DNA from: Eledone cirrhosa | Lineage: Eukaryota | Assembly (NCBI GenBank): GCA_964016885.1 | Contig: OZ024757.1 | Coordinates: 8,060,001-8,124,000 of the forward strand | Direction of reading: 5' to 3' | DNA length: 64,000 nucleotides | Shown here: positions 11,970-25,169 of the stretch, piece after piece | How the letters are laid out: every line of letters starts with the position of its first letter | Numbering within the stretch: position 1 is the stretch's first letter | Made by a program: the position numbers and the translations under genes | The notes under the pieces: generated by a model | Seen by the model: the letters and a program-made list of their open reading frames with translations, nothing else | Told to the model about the DNA's origin: nothing | Databases searched by the model: none

Positions 11970-11980
11970 ATATATATATA

Positions 11981-12858
11981 CAGGTGTGGACGATATTTGG
12001 TCGCAATTTTCAATTGCTAATTTTATGCAAATTTTTTTTACTTCCGTTGTCACTCTTGTCCTCATAAAAACAGTGACTATATTTCCATTATTTATTTTCA
12101 GAATAATTCATTATGAATAATTTTGAACCTCCAAATTTGTGAAAAAGACACGGAGTTCTCCTTGGACTCAGCGCCGGGAGGACAAATAAGACCAGAAGAT
12201 CAACTCCCAGAACAACAGGTGGCTCGCTGTCTCATCCAAAGATGTGCCCAGAGTCATGCAGATGAAGTTTCCAGCGACAACATTGGTCTTAGGTGTCATC
12301 AGCAGTCAAAGTGACGTAATGGCACCTGACTGCTTCCCTGAGGGCCTCAAGCTGAACACTGATGGCTACATTCGCCTTCTGAGCGAGGTAGTAAAGCCCT
12401 GGATCGACCAGGTAGCTGCAAGTAGGCCGTACATATGGCACCAAGACTCAGCGCCCTGCCATACCAGCCGAAAGTTCCAAGCCTGGCTGTCAGAGAACTT
12501 CGTCGACCTCACCTCCCCTGACATCTGGCGTCCCAACTAGCCTGACTGCAATCCTCTCGACTTCTTTGTGTGGGGCGCAGTGGAATGAGACGCCAACAGA
12601 TCCAGCTGCAATACGAAAGACGATCTGAAGGCCAGGATCACAAGTGCCTTTGGGGCCTAAGTCAGGGGACAGTGACGAAGGCCTGTAGCCGGTTTCGAGG
12701 CCGTCATCAAAGCCAATGGCAGGGTTATCGAGTGAGATTGAAAGAACAAGTCATTAAGGCAAACTGACCCAAGTTTGATAAATAAATCTTAAAAAACAAA
12801 ACTACTGTGTTAATTTTTCCTAGACAGTAATCTTGGAATAATTATCGTCCGCACCCTG
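11981..12858 (+). mobile_element. Non-autonomous DD37D (maT/mori-type) Tc1/mariner element
   Basis: TIRs CAGGTGTGGACGATA / TATCGTCCGCACCCTG, TA flanks; WHQDSAPCH...WRPN*PDCNPLDFFVWG with 37 residues between the 2nd and 3rd catalytic Asp; N-terminal region missing. Confidence 0.88.
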
Positions 12859-12881
12859 TATGTATACATATATAATATACG

Positions 12882-12925
<44 letters not shown>

Positions 12926-12939
12926 CGTGTATATATATA

Positions 12940-14420
12940 AAGGGGATGATCTGGAGAAGAACAATTATAGGGGCATGAAACTGATGGATCAGGTTATGAA
13001 AGTGGCAGAAAGGATATTAGCACAACTAATTAGAGAAAGGGTCAAACTAGATGAGATGCAGTTTGGTTTTGTGCCTGGGAAGAGTACAACAGATGCCCTC
13101 TTCTTGGTGAGACAATTGCAAGAGAGGTTCTTAGAGAAGAATAAGTCACTCTACTTAGCCTTTGTTGACCTAGAGAAGGCCTTTGATAGGGTACCCCAAT
13201 CTGTCATCTGGTGTTCCCTAAGGAAACTAGGTGTTGAGGAATGGCTTGTGAGGACAGTGCAAACTATGTACAGAGGTGCAGTCAGTAAAGTCAGGGTAGG
13301 AATGGAGTTTAGTGAGGAATTCCAGATACAAGTAAGAGTACATCAAGGTTCGGTCCTCAGCCTGCTCTTGTTCATTATAGTCCTCCAAGCCATAACAGAG
13401 GAGTTTAAGATTGGCTGTGCATGGGAACTTCTCTATGCTGACGATCTGGTTCTTATAGCAGAATCAATAGAGGAGATAGAGAATAAATTCCGGCTATGGA
13501 AACAGCAGTTGGAAGCAAGAGGACTGAGGGTGAACCTAGCTAAGACAAAAGTGTTGATGAGTAGAAAAGAGGACAAAACCCTGATTCCGTCAGGGAAATG
13601 GCCAAATTCGATATGCAGAAAAGGAACTGGCATAAATTCTATAAAATGCACACAATGCAGATCCTGGGTACACAAGAGATGTAGCGGGATAGCAGGCAAA
13701 CTAACAGGTAGGGAGAAATATGTATGCAGTAGATGTACAGGGAAATTAGACAGTAGAAGTCGCATTGATGGACACATTTTTCAAATGCAGGAGGGCGCTA
13801 TAGAAGTGGTGGATAGCTTCCGGTACCTAGGAGATCAGATTAGCATGGGATGAGGGTGTTCCGAGGCCATAGTATCTAGAATAAGGACGGGTTGGAAGAA
13901 GTTTAGGGAGTTGCTTCCTCTGCTGACGAAGAAGGGTTTCTCCCTGCGTACGAAAGGCCGGTTGTATGATACCTGTGTGAGGAGCGCTATGCTGCATGGT
14001 AGTGAGACATGGGCAGCAACTGCAGAGGATATGTGACGGCTGGAGAGAAATGAGGCAAGCATGCTCCGTTGGATGTGCAGTGTAAATGTGCGTGAACGAC
14101 CCAGCATAAATGTGTTGAGAGAGAAACTGTGTCTGAGAGGGATAGAATATAGTGTACGGGAGAGGAGACTGATGTGGTATGGACATGCGATGCACATGGA
14201 GGATGACCGATGGGTGAAGAAGTGCCAGTTGAAGGAAGACGTGGTAGAGGTAGACCACGAAAAACATGGGCGGAGGTGGTGAGAACAGACCTCAGATCAT
14301 TGAAGCTCACGGTGGAGATGACGAGGGAACGTGACGAGTGGAGAGATGCTGTGCTGAATAAGACCCGTCCCACCCTTGCAAGCAGGGAAAAGCGGACGTA
14401 AAATGATGATGATGATGATT
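12940..14420 (+). mobile_element. RTE LINE family B, 5'-truncated, RT with PHD-type insert, (ATG)n tail
   Basis: ORF 12921-13853 (FVDLEKAFDRV, HQGSVLS, LYADDLVL, FRYLG); downstream stops; very short 3' UTR CCCTTGCAAGCAGGGAAAAGCGGACGTAAA(ATG)n. Confidence 0.92.
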
Positions 14421-14505
14421 ATATATATATATATATATATATAAATAACTTTACATATATGTCTTATATATATATATATAAATAACATTACAGATATGTT
14501 TTATA

Positions 14506-16012
14506 TCATCATCATCATCATCATCATCGTTTAACGTCCATCTTCCACGCTTGCATGGGTTTGGACGGGAGGTTTCCCACTTGAGGCAAGATGTGTTGTC
14601 CTGCTCGTATAGGACTGTCTAGCGGGTTTTCTACCGCTGGATGCCCTTCCTAACACCAACCACGTTTACAGTGTGGACTGGGAGGTTTTTACCATGTTAC
14701 CTACATGGCCACATTACAGCGTGGACTGTGTGTTTTTTTGTCGTGACACCTACACGACCTCATTTGTTTCGGACTGGATGTTGTGGTACCAACATAACTT
14801 CACATATAAGGGGGTGGTGTGGATGGGGTGGGGGTAGTGGGACGGGGGTGTATTTTGTCAGAGGTGCCTACTGACTGTAGGTTTCGCTTTGTACTTAGGC
14901 AAGGCGGGTCTTTTGTATTACTGTGTAGCGCCAAAGATATCGGTCCAGTGACATTGTCTTAGAGAGGTGTAAGTGTGTGAGGTCGGAATTTATCAAGTCG
15001 TCCCAGGTTTTTCTGGGTCTGCCTACTCCGTGGCTACCGTCTATTTTTATCGCCCTGCACTTTTTTATACAGCTGTCGTCTTTCATGCTCATCACGTGAA
15101 CATACCAACGTAGTCTTCTCTCGAGTAAACAACATCTGATCCCTCTTATTCCTAATTTCTCCCTTAGTTCGTTTATGCTTTTCCGTTGACATATATTACT
15201 ATTACACATCCAGCGCAGCATGCAAGCTTCGTTTCTGTCCAGTCTGCGTATATCCTCTGCACACAATGCCCAGGTCTCACTGCCATTTAACATTGCTGTT
15301 CGTATGAAGGCATCATACAGCCTGCCTTTCATTTTTAGAGAGAACCCTTTAGCGGCCAATAGTGGTATAAGCTCTCTGAGCTTTTTCCATCCCGTTCTGA
15401 CTCTGGCTACTGTACTTTCAGAACACCCTCTACCACTGCTGATTTTGTCACCCAGGTAACGGAAAGTGTCTACTATTTCTATGGAATCATCTGGGCAATA
15501 GAAGGGGCTAGTATCCTGTGGACACTTGCTACCTGTCACCTGAGCATAGGCCACATATAAAGTCTACATTCTTAGATAGTTTACCTGTGATCCTACTACA
15601 TCTTTATGTACCCATACTTTGCATTTGGGACATAAAATTGAATTTCTGCCCTCTCCTTTCCTACACAATGAGCAAGGCCATTTCCCTGAGGGTACCTGTG
15701 CCTTATTTTCCTTTCTACAAACTAGGACTTTAGTCTTAGACAAGTTAAATTTAAGGCCTTTTGATTCTAGACCATGCTTCCATGTTAGGAATTTCTTCTC
15801 TAGTTCAGCCATTGATTCAGCTATGAGTGTTAGATCATCTGCGTATAAGAGTTCCCATGGGCAGCCCGTCTTGAACTCCTCTGTTATAGCCTGAAGGGCA
15901 ATGATAAATAGGAGGGGGCTAAGGACAGAGCCTTGGTGAACACCAACTTTTATACTAAATTCTTCACAATATTAAATGTTAATTCTAACCTTACTGACTG
16001 TTTCATTATACA
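14506..16012 (-). mobile_element. RTE LINE family A, 3' portion
   Basis: ORFs 14895-15554 and 15564-15812; (CAT)n tail on + strand; same 3' UTR as 2912-3420. Confidence 0.9.
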
Positions 16013-16021
16013 TAAATTGTA

Positions 16022-16400
16022 TATAAATATAATATAATATAATATAATATAATATAATATAATATATAATATAATATAATATATAATATAATATAATATA
16101 ATATAATATAATATAATATAATATAATATAATATAACATAACATAACATAACATAATATAATATAATATAATATAATATAATATAATATAATATAATATA
16201 ATATAATATAATATAATATAATATATAATATAATATAATATAATATATAATATAATATAATATAATATAATATAATATAATATAACATAACATAATATAA
16301 TATAATATAATATAATATAATATAATATAATATAATATAATATAATATAATATAATATAATATAATATAATATAATATACATATATATATATATATATAT
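16022..16400. repeat. (AATAT)n pentanucleotide microsatellite then (TA)n
   Basis: Directly visible. Confidence 0.95.
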
Positions 16401-16404
16401 AATA

Positions 16405-16738
16405 GAGGCACATGGGTTAGTGGTTAGAACATTGGCCTTGTAATCGAAAGGTTGTGAGTTCAATTCTCAAACCAGGTGATGTGTTGTTTCCTTGAGCAAG
16501 ACACTTTATTTCACATTGCTCCAGTTTACTCAGCTGTAAAAATGAGATGATAGGAACAGGGGTCCCTGTAAAGTGGTCGTGGAGGTGCCACGGAAAAAAA
16601 GCACCCAGCACTCACTGTAAATGAGGTTGGTGTTAGGAAGGGCATCCAGCTGCAGAAATCAAGCCAGAATTAGTTCCCCTCTCACCCTTGCAAGCAGGGA
16701 AAAAGCGGACGTAAAACGATGACGATGATGATGATGAT
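16405..16738 (+). mobile_element. Full-length tRNA-derived SINE with RTE-derived 3' tail
   Basis: A-box and B-box head, CCTTGAGCAAGACACTT core, GGTTGGTGTTAGGAAGGGCATCCAGCTG motif, RTE-B-like end and (ATG)n. Confidence 0.88.
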
Positions 16739-16792
16739 ATATATATATACACTCATATGTATGTTTAAATATATATATATACTCATATGTAT

Positions 16793-16828
<36 letters not shown>

Positions 16829-17611
16829 TCATATGTATGTTTATATATATATATATAAAGATATATATACTCTTACATGCATACATCTGAAAATGTATAT
16901 ATGCATGTAAACACATACCTAAACATACATGTACAGTTATACATATACAATAATTTATTTCTATACATACATATACCACAAGTAAGGCATGGTGTTGCCA
17001 ACTCACCAGACCTCCCTCATAATGGACCAGCTAGATCCCAAAATACAGGCCTGCTAGCCAACACACAGTCCCAATAAGTGTAAGTTACAGCACAGCTATC
17101 TGGACAGACTTGTCTTAATACTACTCATTATCCCACTACATCTTTTGTATACTATATATATACTGAATATATATACTGTTTATATATATATACACATATA
17201 ATTGTGTATTCAGACATTATCATAGTAATGAAATAATTAATAATTTTAGTAAATTGTTCAAAATTCTTCATTAATCCTTTTGGTAGAAACCCAGCCAAAA
17301 CTGGTTCTCGTTCTATGGAAATGGTTCCTATCTAACGAAATTCTATATAACAACCATATGTTAAGTTACTATGTTAGTAATTAACTAACAATTGTGAGAG
17401 ATAGCTCAAAATTATTCATAATTAATTGAAATACGAGGTTCATAATTATAATAAAATCTTCGAATAGGCTACGAAGCCGGTAAACCGTAAAGGTACGCAA
17501 CACACACATCGCTATAGCGTTTCACCAGCCCCTTCCTTTCTCAATCATTACATAGATGTGTGTGTATGTAATAATTATTTTATATTGTGTGTCTGTTTAT
17601 GAATATGTATG

Positions 17612-18480
17612 AGTAGAGATGTGTGTGTGTGTGTAACTCAATAGATGTGTGTATGTAACTCAGTAGATGTGTGTGTGTGTAACACAGTAGATGTATGTGT
17701 ATGTAACACACTAGATGTGTGTGTATAACACAGTAGATGTATGTGTATGTAACACAGTAGATGTGCGTGTATGTAACACATTAGATGTGTGTGTGTAAAC
17801 CAGTAGATGTGTGTGTATGTAACACAGTAGATATGTATGTAACACAGTAGATGTGTGTATGTAACATGGTAGATATGTGTGTGCATGTAACACAGTAGAT
17901 GTGTGTGTGTGTAACACAGTAGATGTGTGTATGTAACACAGCAGATGTGTGTGTGTGTAACCCAGTAGATGTGTGTGTATGTAATACAGTAGATGTGTGT
18001 GTGTCTGTAACCCAGTAGATGTGTGTGTGTGTGTGTGTATGTAACCCAGATGTGTGTAGGTAACACAGTAGATGTGTGTGTGTAACCCAGATGTGTGTGT
18101 ATGTAACTCAGTAGATATGTGTGTATGTAACTCAGTAGATATGTGTGTATGTAACTCAGCAGATGTGTGTGTATGTAACTCAGCAGATGTGTGTGTGTAA
18201 CACAGTAGATGTATGCGTATATATAACACAGTAGATGTCTGTATGTAACACAGTAGATGTTCGTGTATGTAACAGAGTAGATGTGTAAGTATGTAACACA
18301 GATGTGTATGTAACACAGTAGATGTGCGTGTATGTAACACAGTAGATGTGTGTATATATATAACACAGTAGATGTGTGTGTATGTAACAGTAGATGTATG
18401 TGTATGTAACACACTAGATGTGTGTGTATATATAACACAGTAGATGTGTGTATATGTAACACAGTAGATGTGTATGTAAC
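17612..18480. repeat. ~22-24 bp minisatellite, expanded paralog of 9177-9510
   Basis: Tandem units; explains the His/Thr-rich spurious ORFs. Confidence 0.92.
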
Positions 18481-18765
18481 TAAAGTGTAACGTACGTTAC
18501 GAATGGACGACTAAATGATTTTAACTTGTTTTTTAACAATTGATGGTGGAAAAGATTTTAAATTGTCTCAACTCAGACCATAAAGGGCCGCAACACGTGC
18601 TGTCTGACACTCTTATCGGCTACAATGCCTGGGAGTCTATTTTACCGACACCGGCTACATAGCTTCTTCCTAAAATCTTCCAACTGTTACTAATAAAATA
18701 ATTAATAATTAAAAACTTTAGTAAATTCTTCCAATGATATCTCAGTAATGAAATAATTACTAATT

Positions 18766-19386
18766 GGGTACTGTCGTGGTATTAGCTGTCAGAAAGAAGG
18801 TGACGTCATTCGTCAACCTTCTCAATCGTTTATTTCCGTATCACCACGCGGTTATTTACGTTTATGATTTCATTTATGGGAACCAAATAACCCCGTAATT
18901 TGAGAGAGAAACGATAATATACAATCTTATTTAACATGTGCATTAAAAACTACACTAGCTGTTACAATTGTAATTAACGTGTAAGAACTTAAACGAAAAT
19001 ATAGGAGGCCCTTAAAAGGGCCGGTGTTGAACTTAAATTTGTTTTCTAATTTGATAACCATGACTTGTTTCAACACCGGCCCTGTTAAGGGCCACCTATA
19101 TTTTCATTTAAGTTCTTACACGTTAATTACAATTGTAACAGCTAGTGTAGTTTTTAATGCACATGTTAAATAAGATTGTATATTATCGTTTCTCTCGAAA
19201 ATTACGGGGTTATTTGGTCCCCATATTATTTTTTTAATAAGTGTATCTCATCGTATGCGTATCTCTTAGAAAATCCTAAACATAAATAAAGGGAATAGTG
19301 ATACGGAAATAAAGGATTGAGAAGGTTGACGAATGACGTCACCTTCTTCTGCTTTCACTTCTGACAGCTAATATCATGACACTGCC
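18766..19386. mobile_element. Palindromic foldback element with histone-type stem-loops (copy 2)
   Basis: Same element as 4518-5137 with arms inverted; absent from the paralogous site at ~9790. Confidence 0.88.
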
Positions 19387-20269
19387 GAAATATATGTTAT
19401 AAATACCTCAAAATTCCTCATTAATTAAACCCAAGACAGGTAAAACTCTTTCAGTCGGACATAAAACAAATTAATTTCCAATGGAAGAAAAGATGTTAAA
19501 GTCAGCCAAGGGAGATCACTCTCAGCGACTTATTGGAATTCTTGTTCGTGAATTAATCTGGAATAAGTCATTCCGGTGTATTTTGTGTGGAGGAAACCGG
19601 TTTTAGGTGGTGATAGCACGCCGTACATAAACGTATGGTTCCTGAGTTCGAATCCCAGATCGGGTGGTCTGTACGTTGAGGCCTTGAACAAGACACTTTA
19701 TTTCTCATTGTTTTATTTCACCCAGCTGGAAAAATAATAAGTTGTACCAGTAATTATAGGGTAAACGTTGTTACATAGAATTGTCGCACTGAATCTCCCT
19801 GAGAACAATGTCAACGGTATACGTGTCAATGAAATACTCAGACACATTATAACATAAGATGGGTTCTACCCTTGTATTTCAAAGGGAAGCCATGTCATAC
19901 ATCTCGCTGAATCTCCCTGAGAACTACGTATATACTAGTGACTATCAGACATATTGTATCTAGGACTACATTATCTAATGTACAGTACAGTAATTAGTAT
20001 TAGTGGCTATCACACATAGTGTATCTAGGACTACATTATCTAATGTACAGTATAGTGTATATCAGACATATCGTACCTAGGACTACATTATCTAATGTAC
20101 AGTATAGTAGCTATCAGACATAGTGTATCTAGGATTATATTTTCTAATGTACAATATAGTGGCTATCAGACATAGTGTATCTAGGACTACATTATCTAAT
20201 GTTCAGTATAGCAGTTAGTATTTGTGGCTATCATTATTATAGACTTCAAGTAAATCTTTGTCAACTTAC

Positions 20270-20468
20270 CTCCTTCAGATATAATCAATGTGTTGTGTTG
20301 TTAGTTGTTACTAAACAACCAAAGAAATAATCTCTTTGTTATCAAATTAGAAGTTTCAATGTTATCAGCTTTATTTCACGACATTAACGTTGGTGTATCT
20401 TCTTCTTATTTAGTCATAAATTGATATCTTGTCAGAATGAAGTAGTGAGGCTGACTTTATGTCTTTAG
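20270..20468 (-). other. Putative non-coding exon, copy 3 of 5
   Basis: CTGTAG acceptor and GAG|GTAAGT donor. Confidence 0.5.
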
Positions 20469-21551
20469 CTACAGATTTGTTAGGAAATATCTATATATAT
20501 TAGGTTGATATCTGGTCTAAAATATATATATTGTCTATAAATGACTGATAGCAGATGTTCTGGTGAAATAGTAGTTTTACTACTACAGATTGTAATGGAA
20601 CTCTTAGTAGACACAATTGTAAAGTAAGAATAGATATGACAGTGTAAGACTGATGTCAGGGAATTAAAATTGTGTCTGTGTGTATATATATATATATAAT
20701 TGTTACACAAGATATAATGAGATTCAGAAGACAGCAGGTACTCGATGTCGTTGGAAATGATTTAACTCCCTTACCGGTGTCATTAGTTAAAAGTCCCTGA
20801 TATAATTTAATACACTCAGACAGTTCCAATCGTATTTAATCGATAGTAAATGAAAAGGTATCACTCAGTAAAATATCAATTATATATCGACGCAGTGTCT
20901 CTGACTGCTAGAAATAGCAGTGAAATTATCCATTACAGACTTTTCTTTCTTTAAACTCTTACGTTTAGTAGATGTTTGTGTTGAGAATGTGTGTATTTGT
21001 GTATTGTATGACGGAAGTCACCATTGAAGATGTTAAAAGCAATGTTGTGGAAAATAGCATCGTACAACTTTGTAATTGTTTATATATAATTTATTTACAG
21101 ATTACAAAGGTTATAATAATGTCTCTTGAGAGGATAGTTAATGTTATCAATAAAAAGGTTATAAAGATTTAAAGACGTACGGTCAACTGGCTGAGGCGTT
21201 AGCCAGACCTGTAGTGATATCTGTTGCTGCATATTGTCTATGCTTGAGGAACGAAAGCAAGAGATGTTTACCTTCACAGTGTCGAGTTGCAAGAGAGAGA
21301 GTTTCGAATCTCTCCGGAAATTTTTCCTTCTGGGCGGATGTCGAGGTACATTTTCCTACGCTGGTAGCGATTGGTTGAACTGAGCCAAACAGCGCACAGA
21401 GAATGTATCCATGAGCCCTCGGAATGTAGGTCACTACAATACCCTCTATTTAGTCTGCAAGATGATATATAAGATTGAATCAGCAGGAAAATTGCTTAAG
21501 AGGGCACATCACAGAAAAAATTGAACAAAAGAATGTATATATATATACGTG

Positions 21552-21582
<31 letters not shown>

Positions 21583-21650
21583 ATATATATAACCCATGCT
21601 AGCGTGCAAAGTGGACGTTAAAGGATGATGATATATATATGTATATATAT

Positions 21651-24182
21651 ATCATCATCATCATCATCGTTTAACGTCCATGTTCCACGCTTGCATGGGT
21701 TTGGACGGGAGTTTTCCCACTTGAGGCAAGAGTGTTTGTCTTGTTCGCATAGGACTGTCTGGCGGATTTTCTACGGCTGGATGCCCTTCCTAACACCAAC
21801 CACATTTACAGTGTAGAACTGGGAGGTTTTTACCGTGTTATCTACACGGCCACATTACAGTGTGGACTGTGTTTTTTTGTCGTGAGACCTACACGACCTC
21901 ATTTGTTTCGGCCTGGATGTTGTGGTACCAACATAACTTTACATGGAAAGAGGTGAAGTGGATAGGGTGTGGGTATATTTTGTTAGAGGTGTCTACTGAC
22001 TGTAGTAGGTTTTACTTTGTATTTAGGTAAGGCGGGTCTTCTCTATTACTGTGTAGCGCCAAAGATCTCGGTCCAGAGACATTGTCTTGGAGAGGTGTAA
22101 GTGTGTGAGGTCGGAATTTATCAAGTCGTCCCAGGTTTTTCAGGAACTGCCTACTCCGTGGCTACCGCCTATTTTTATTGCCCTGCACTTTGTTATACAG
22201 CTGTCGTCTTTCATGCGCATCACGTGACCATACCAACGTAGTCTTCTCTCGAGTAAACAACATCTGATCCCTCTTATTCCTAATTTCTCCCTTAGTTTGT
22301 TTATGCTTTGCCGTTCACGTATATTACTATTACACATCCAGCGGAGCATGCAAGCTTCGTTCCTCTCTAGTCTGCGTATATCCTCTGCACACAATGCCCA
22401 GGTCTCACGGCCATGCAACATTTATGTTCGTATGCAGGCATCATACAGTCTACCTTTCATTTTTAAGGAGAACCCTTTAGCGGCTAATAGTGGTATAAGC
22501 TCTCTGAACTTTTTCCATCCAGTTCTGACTCTAGCTACTGTACTTTCAGAGCACCCACCCCTACTGCTGATTTTGTCACCCAGGTAACGGAAGCTGTCCA
22601 CTATTTCTATAGAACCATCTGTGCAATCGAATGAGCTAGTATTCTGTGGGCACTTGCTGCTACTTATTGCACCAGAGCACCGGCCACATATAAAAGCAAT
22701 GTTCTTAGTTAGCTTACTTGTGATCCCCCTACATCTTTTATGCACCCATACTTTGCATTTGGGACATAAAATGGAGTTTCTACCTACTCCTTTCCTACAC
22801 ACTGAGCATGGCCATTTCCCGGATAGGACCGGCGCCCTATTTTCCTTCCTACAAACTAGAACTTTAGTCTTAGACAGGTTAATTTTAAGGCCTTTTGATT
22901 CTAGGCCATGCTTCCATGTTTGGAATTTCTTCTCTAGTTCGGCCATTGATTCAGCTATGAGCGTTAGATCATCTGCGTATAGGAGTTCCCATGGGCAGCC
23001 GGTCTTGAACTCCACTGTTATAGCCTGAAGGGCAATAATAAATATTAGGGGGATAAGAACGGAGCCCTGATGAACACCAACTTTTACGCTAAACTCTTCA
23101 CTATATTCGTTGTTAATTCTAACCTTGCTGACTGTTTCTTTATACATGGCTTGTATAGCTCTCACAAGCCATTCATCAACACCTAGTTTTCTAAGAGCCC
23201 ACCAGATAATGGAACGGGGGACTCTGTCGAAGGCTTTCTCCAAGTCGACAAAACCTAAGTATAGGGGTTTACTTTTAGCTAGGTACTTCTCCTGTAGTTG
23301 TCGTACAATGAAAAGAGCGTCTGTGGTACTTTTGCCAGACACAAACCCGAACTGCATTTCATCTAGATCAATTCTCTCTCTGATTAGTTGCACTATTACT
23401 TTTTCTGTGACCTTCATGACCTGGTCGATTAATTTAATGCCTCTATTGTTACTCCTATCTAGGGCATCTCCTTTACCCTTGTAGCAGTTAATGATGATGC
23501 TGCTATGCCAGTCCTTCGGAACAACCCCATTCTGTATGACTTGGTTTACTATCCGTGTGACCATGGTGTGTCCCACCGTTCCAAGGATTTCAGCATTTCA
23601 GCAACTATTTCCGAAAGCCCAGCCGCCTTACCCGTCTTCATATCTTTGATTGCCTTACTTATTATACTACCTTCGACTAACACTGCTGTTCCCTCTATTG
23701 GGTCGATGTGTGGGAAACTGTCTTTCTCCCATTTATTCTCCTCATTTAGTAGCCTTTCGTAGTGACACTTCCAAGCTACCTTCTTATCAGCGTCAGTGAT
23801 GGCAAGTACGCCATCATCATTAAGTACACACTTCTCCCCTAAAATATCACGGTTTTCCTTGACACATTGCCTAGCAATCCTGAACACCTCACGTTTTTGG
23901 TCCTCGCGTTGTAGAACATGCTTGAACTTTCTTTCCTCTGCTTCCCTTCTTGCAAAGTACACTTATCTCCTAGCTTCCCTCCTGGCCACCAGATAGTGTT
24001 CTATACTTCCCCCATCCCACCATGCTTTCCAAGCCTGCTTTTTGGCCTTAATTGACTCCTCCCCCTTACTGTTCCACCACCATGTTACTCTCCTCCTGCC
24101 TATAGATCTGCTCCAGACACAGATTTCATCTGCTGCCATCAGCAAGTTTGCTTTCAGGAATTCCCATTGTTCCTCTATATTG
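21651..24182 (-). mobile_element. RTE LINE family A, longest copy (pre-RT linker, RT, PHD-type insert, C-terminus, 3' UTR)
   Basis: ORFs 23549-23962, 22422-23576 (KGKGD, DLEKAFD, HQGS, YADD, C4HC3, YLG) and 22140-22421, separated by frameshifts; no endonuclease domain present. Confidence 0.93.
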
Positions 24183-24258
24183 TACATATATATGTATATA
24201 TATATATTTGAATATAGATGTATATATATATGTATGTATATATGATATATATATGTAC

Positions 24259-25117
24259 ATGTGTGGACGATATTTGGTTGCAATTTTCAACTGCTAATTT
24301 TATGCCAATTTTTTTTACTCCGTTGTCACTGTTGTCCTCATAAAAACAGTGACTATATTTCCATTATTTATTTTCAGAATAATTGATTATGAATAATTTT
24401 GAACCTCCAAATTTGTGGCAGAGACACGGAGTTCTTCTTGGAATCTGCGCCGGGAGGACAAGTAAGACCAGAAGTTAACTCCCAGAACAACATGTGGCTC
24501 GCTGTCTCATCCAAAGACGTGCCCAGAGTCATACAGATAAAGTTTCCACCGACAACAGTGGTCTTAGGTGTCGTCATGCCACCTGACTGCTTCCCTGAGG
24601 GTCTCAAGCTGAACACCGATGGCTACATTCGCGTTCTGAGCGAGGTAGTAAAGCCCTTGATGGACCAGGTAGCTGCAGGTAGGCCGTACGTGTGGCAGCA
24701 AGACTCAGCGCCCTGCCATACCAGCCGAATGATCCAAGCCTATCTGACAGAGAACTTCGTTGACCTCACCTCCCCTGACATCTGGCCGCCCAGCTAGTCT
24801 GATTGCAATCCTCTCGACTTCTTTGTGTGGGGCGCAGTGAAACAAGACACCAACAGATCTAGCTGCAATACGAAAGACGATCTGAAGGCCAGGATCACAA
24901 GTGCCTTTAGGGGCCTAAGTCAGGGGACAGTGACGAAGGCCTGTAGGCGGTTTCGAAGCCGTCATAAAAGCCAATGGCAGGTTTATCAAGTGAGATTGAA
25001 AGAACAAGTCATGAAGACAAACTGACCCAAGTTTGATAAATAAATCTTAAAAAACAAAACTACTGTGTTATTATTTCCTAGACAGTAATCTTGCGAATAA
25101 TTATCGTCCGCACCCTG
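24259..25117 (+). mobile_element. Non-autonomous DD37D (maT) Tc1/mariner element
   Basis: TIRs, TA flanks, WQQDSAPCH...WPPS*SDCNPLDFFVWG. Confidence 0.88.
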
Positions 25118-25169
25118 TATGTATACATATATAATATATGATATATAATATATATATATGTATATATAA

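Noticed and set aside
15950-16463. Long Y/I/L-rich ORFs in three frames
   Set aside because: Translation of the (AATAT)n microsatellite
16405-16480. tRNA genes at the SINE heads (also 3810, 27735, 28700, 34391)
   Set aside because: A/B boxes only; no proper acceptor stem, and each continues into a SINE core and tail
17638-18462. 274 aa and 233 aa His/Thr/Tyr-rich ORFs (also 9088-9454)
   Set aside because: Stop-free readings of a minisatellite with variable unit length; open in several frames
21651-24182. An intact, active RTE element
   Set aside because: All copies are 5'-truncated (no APE endonuclease seen) and carry stops or frameshifts
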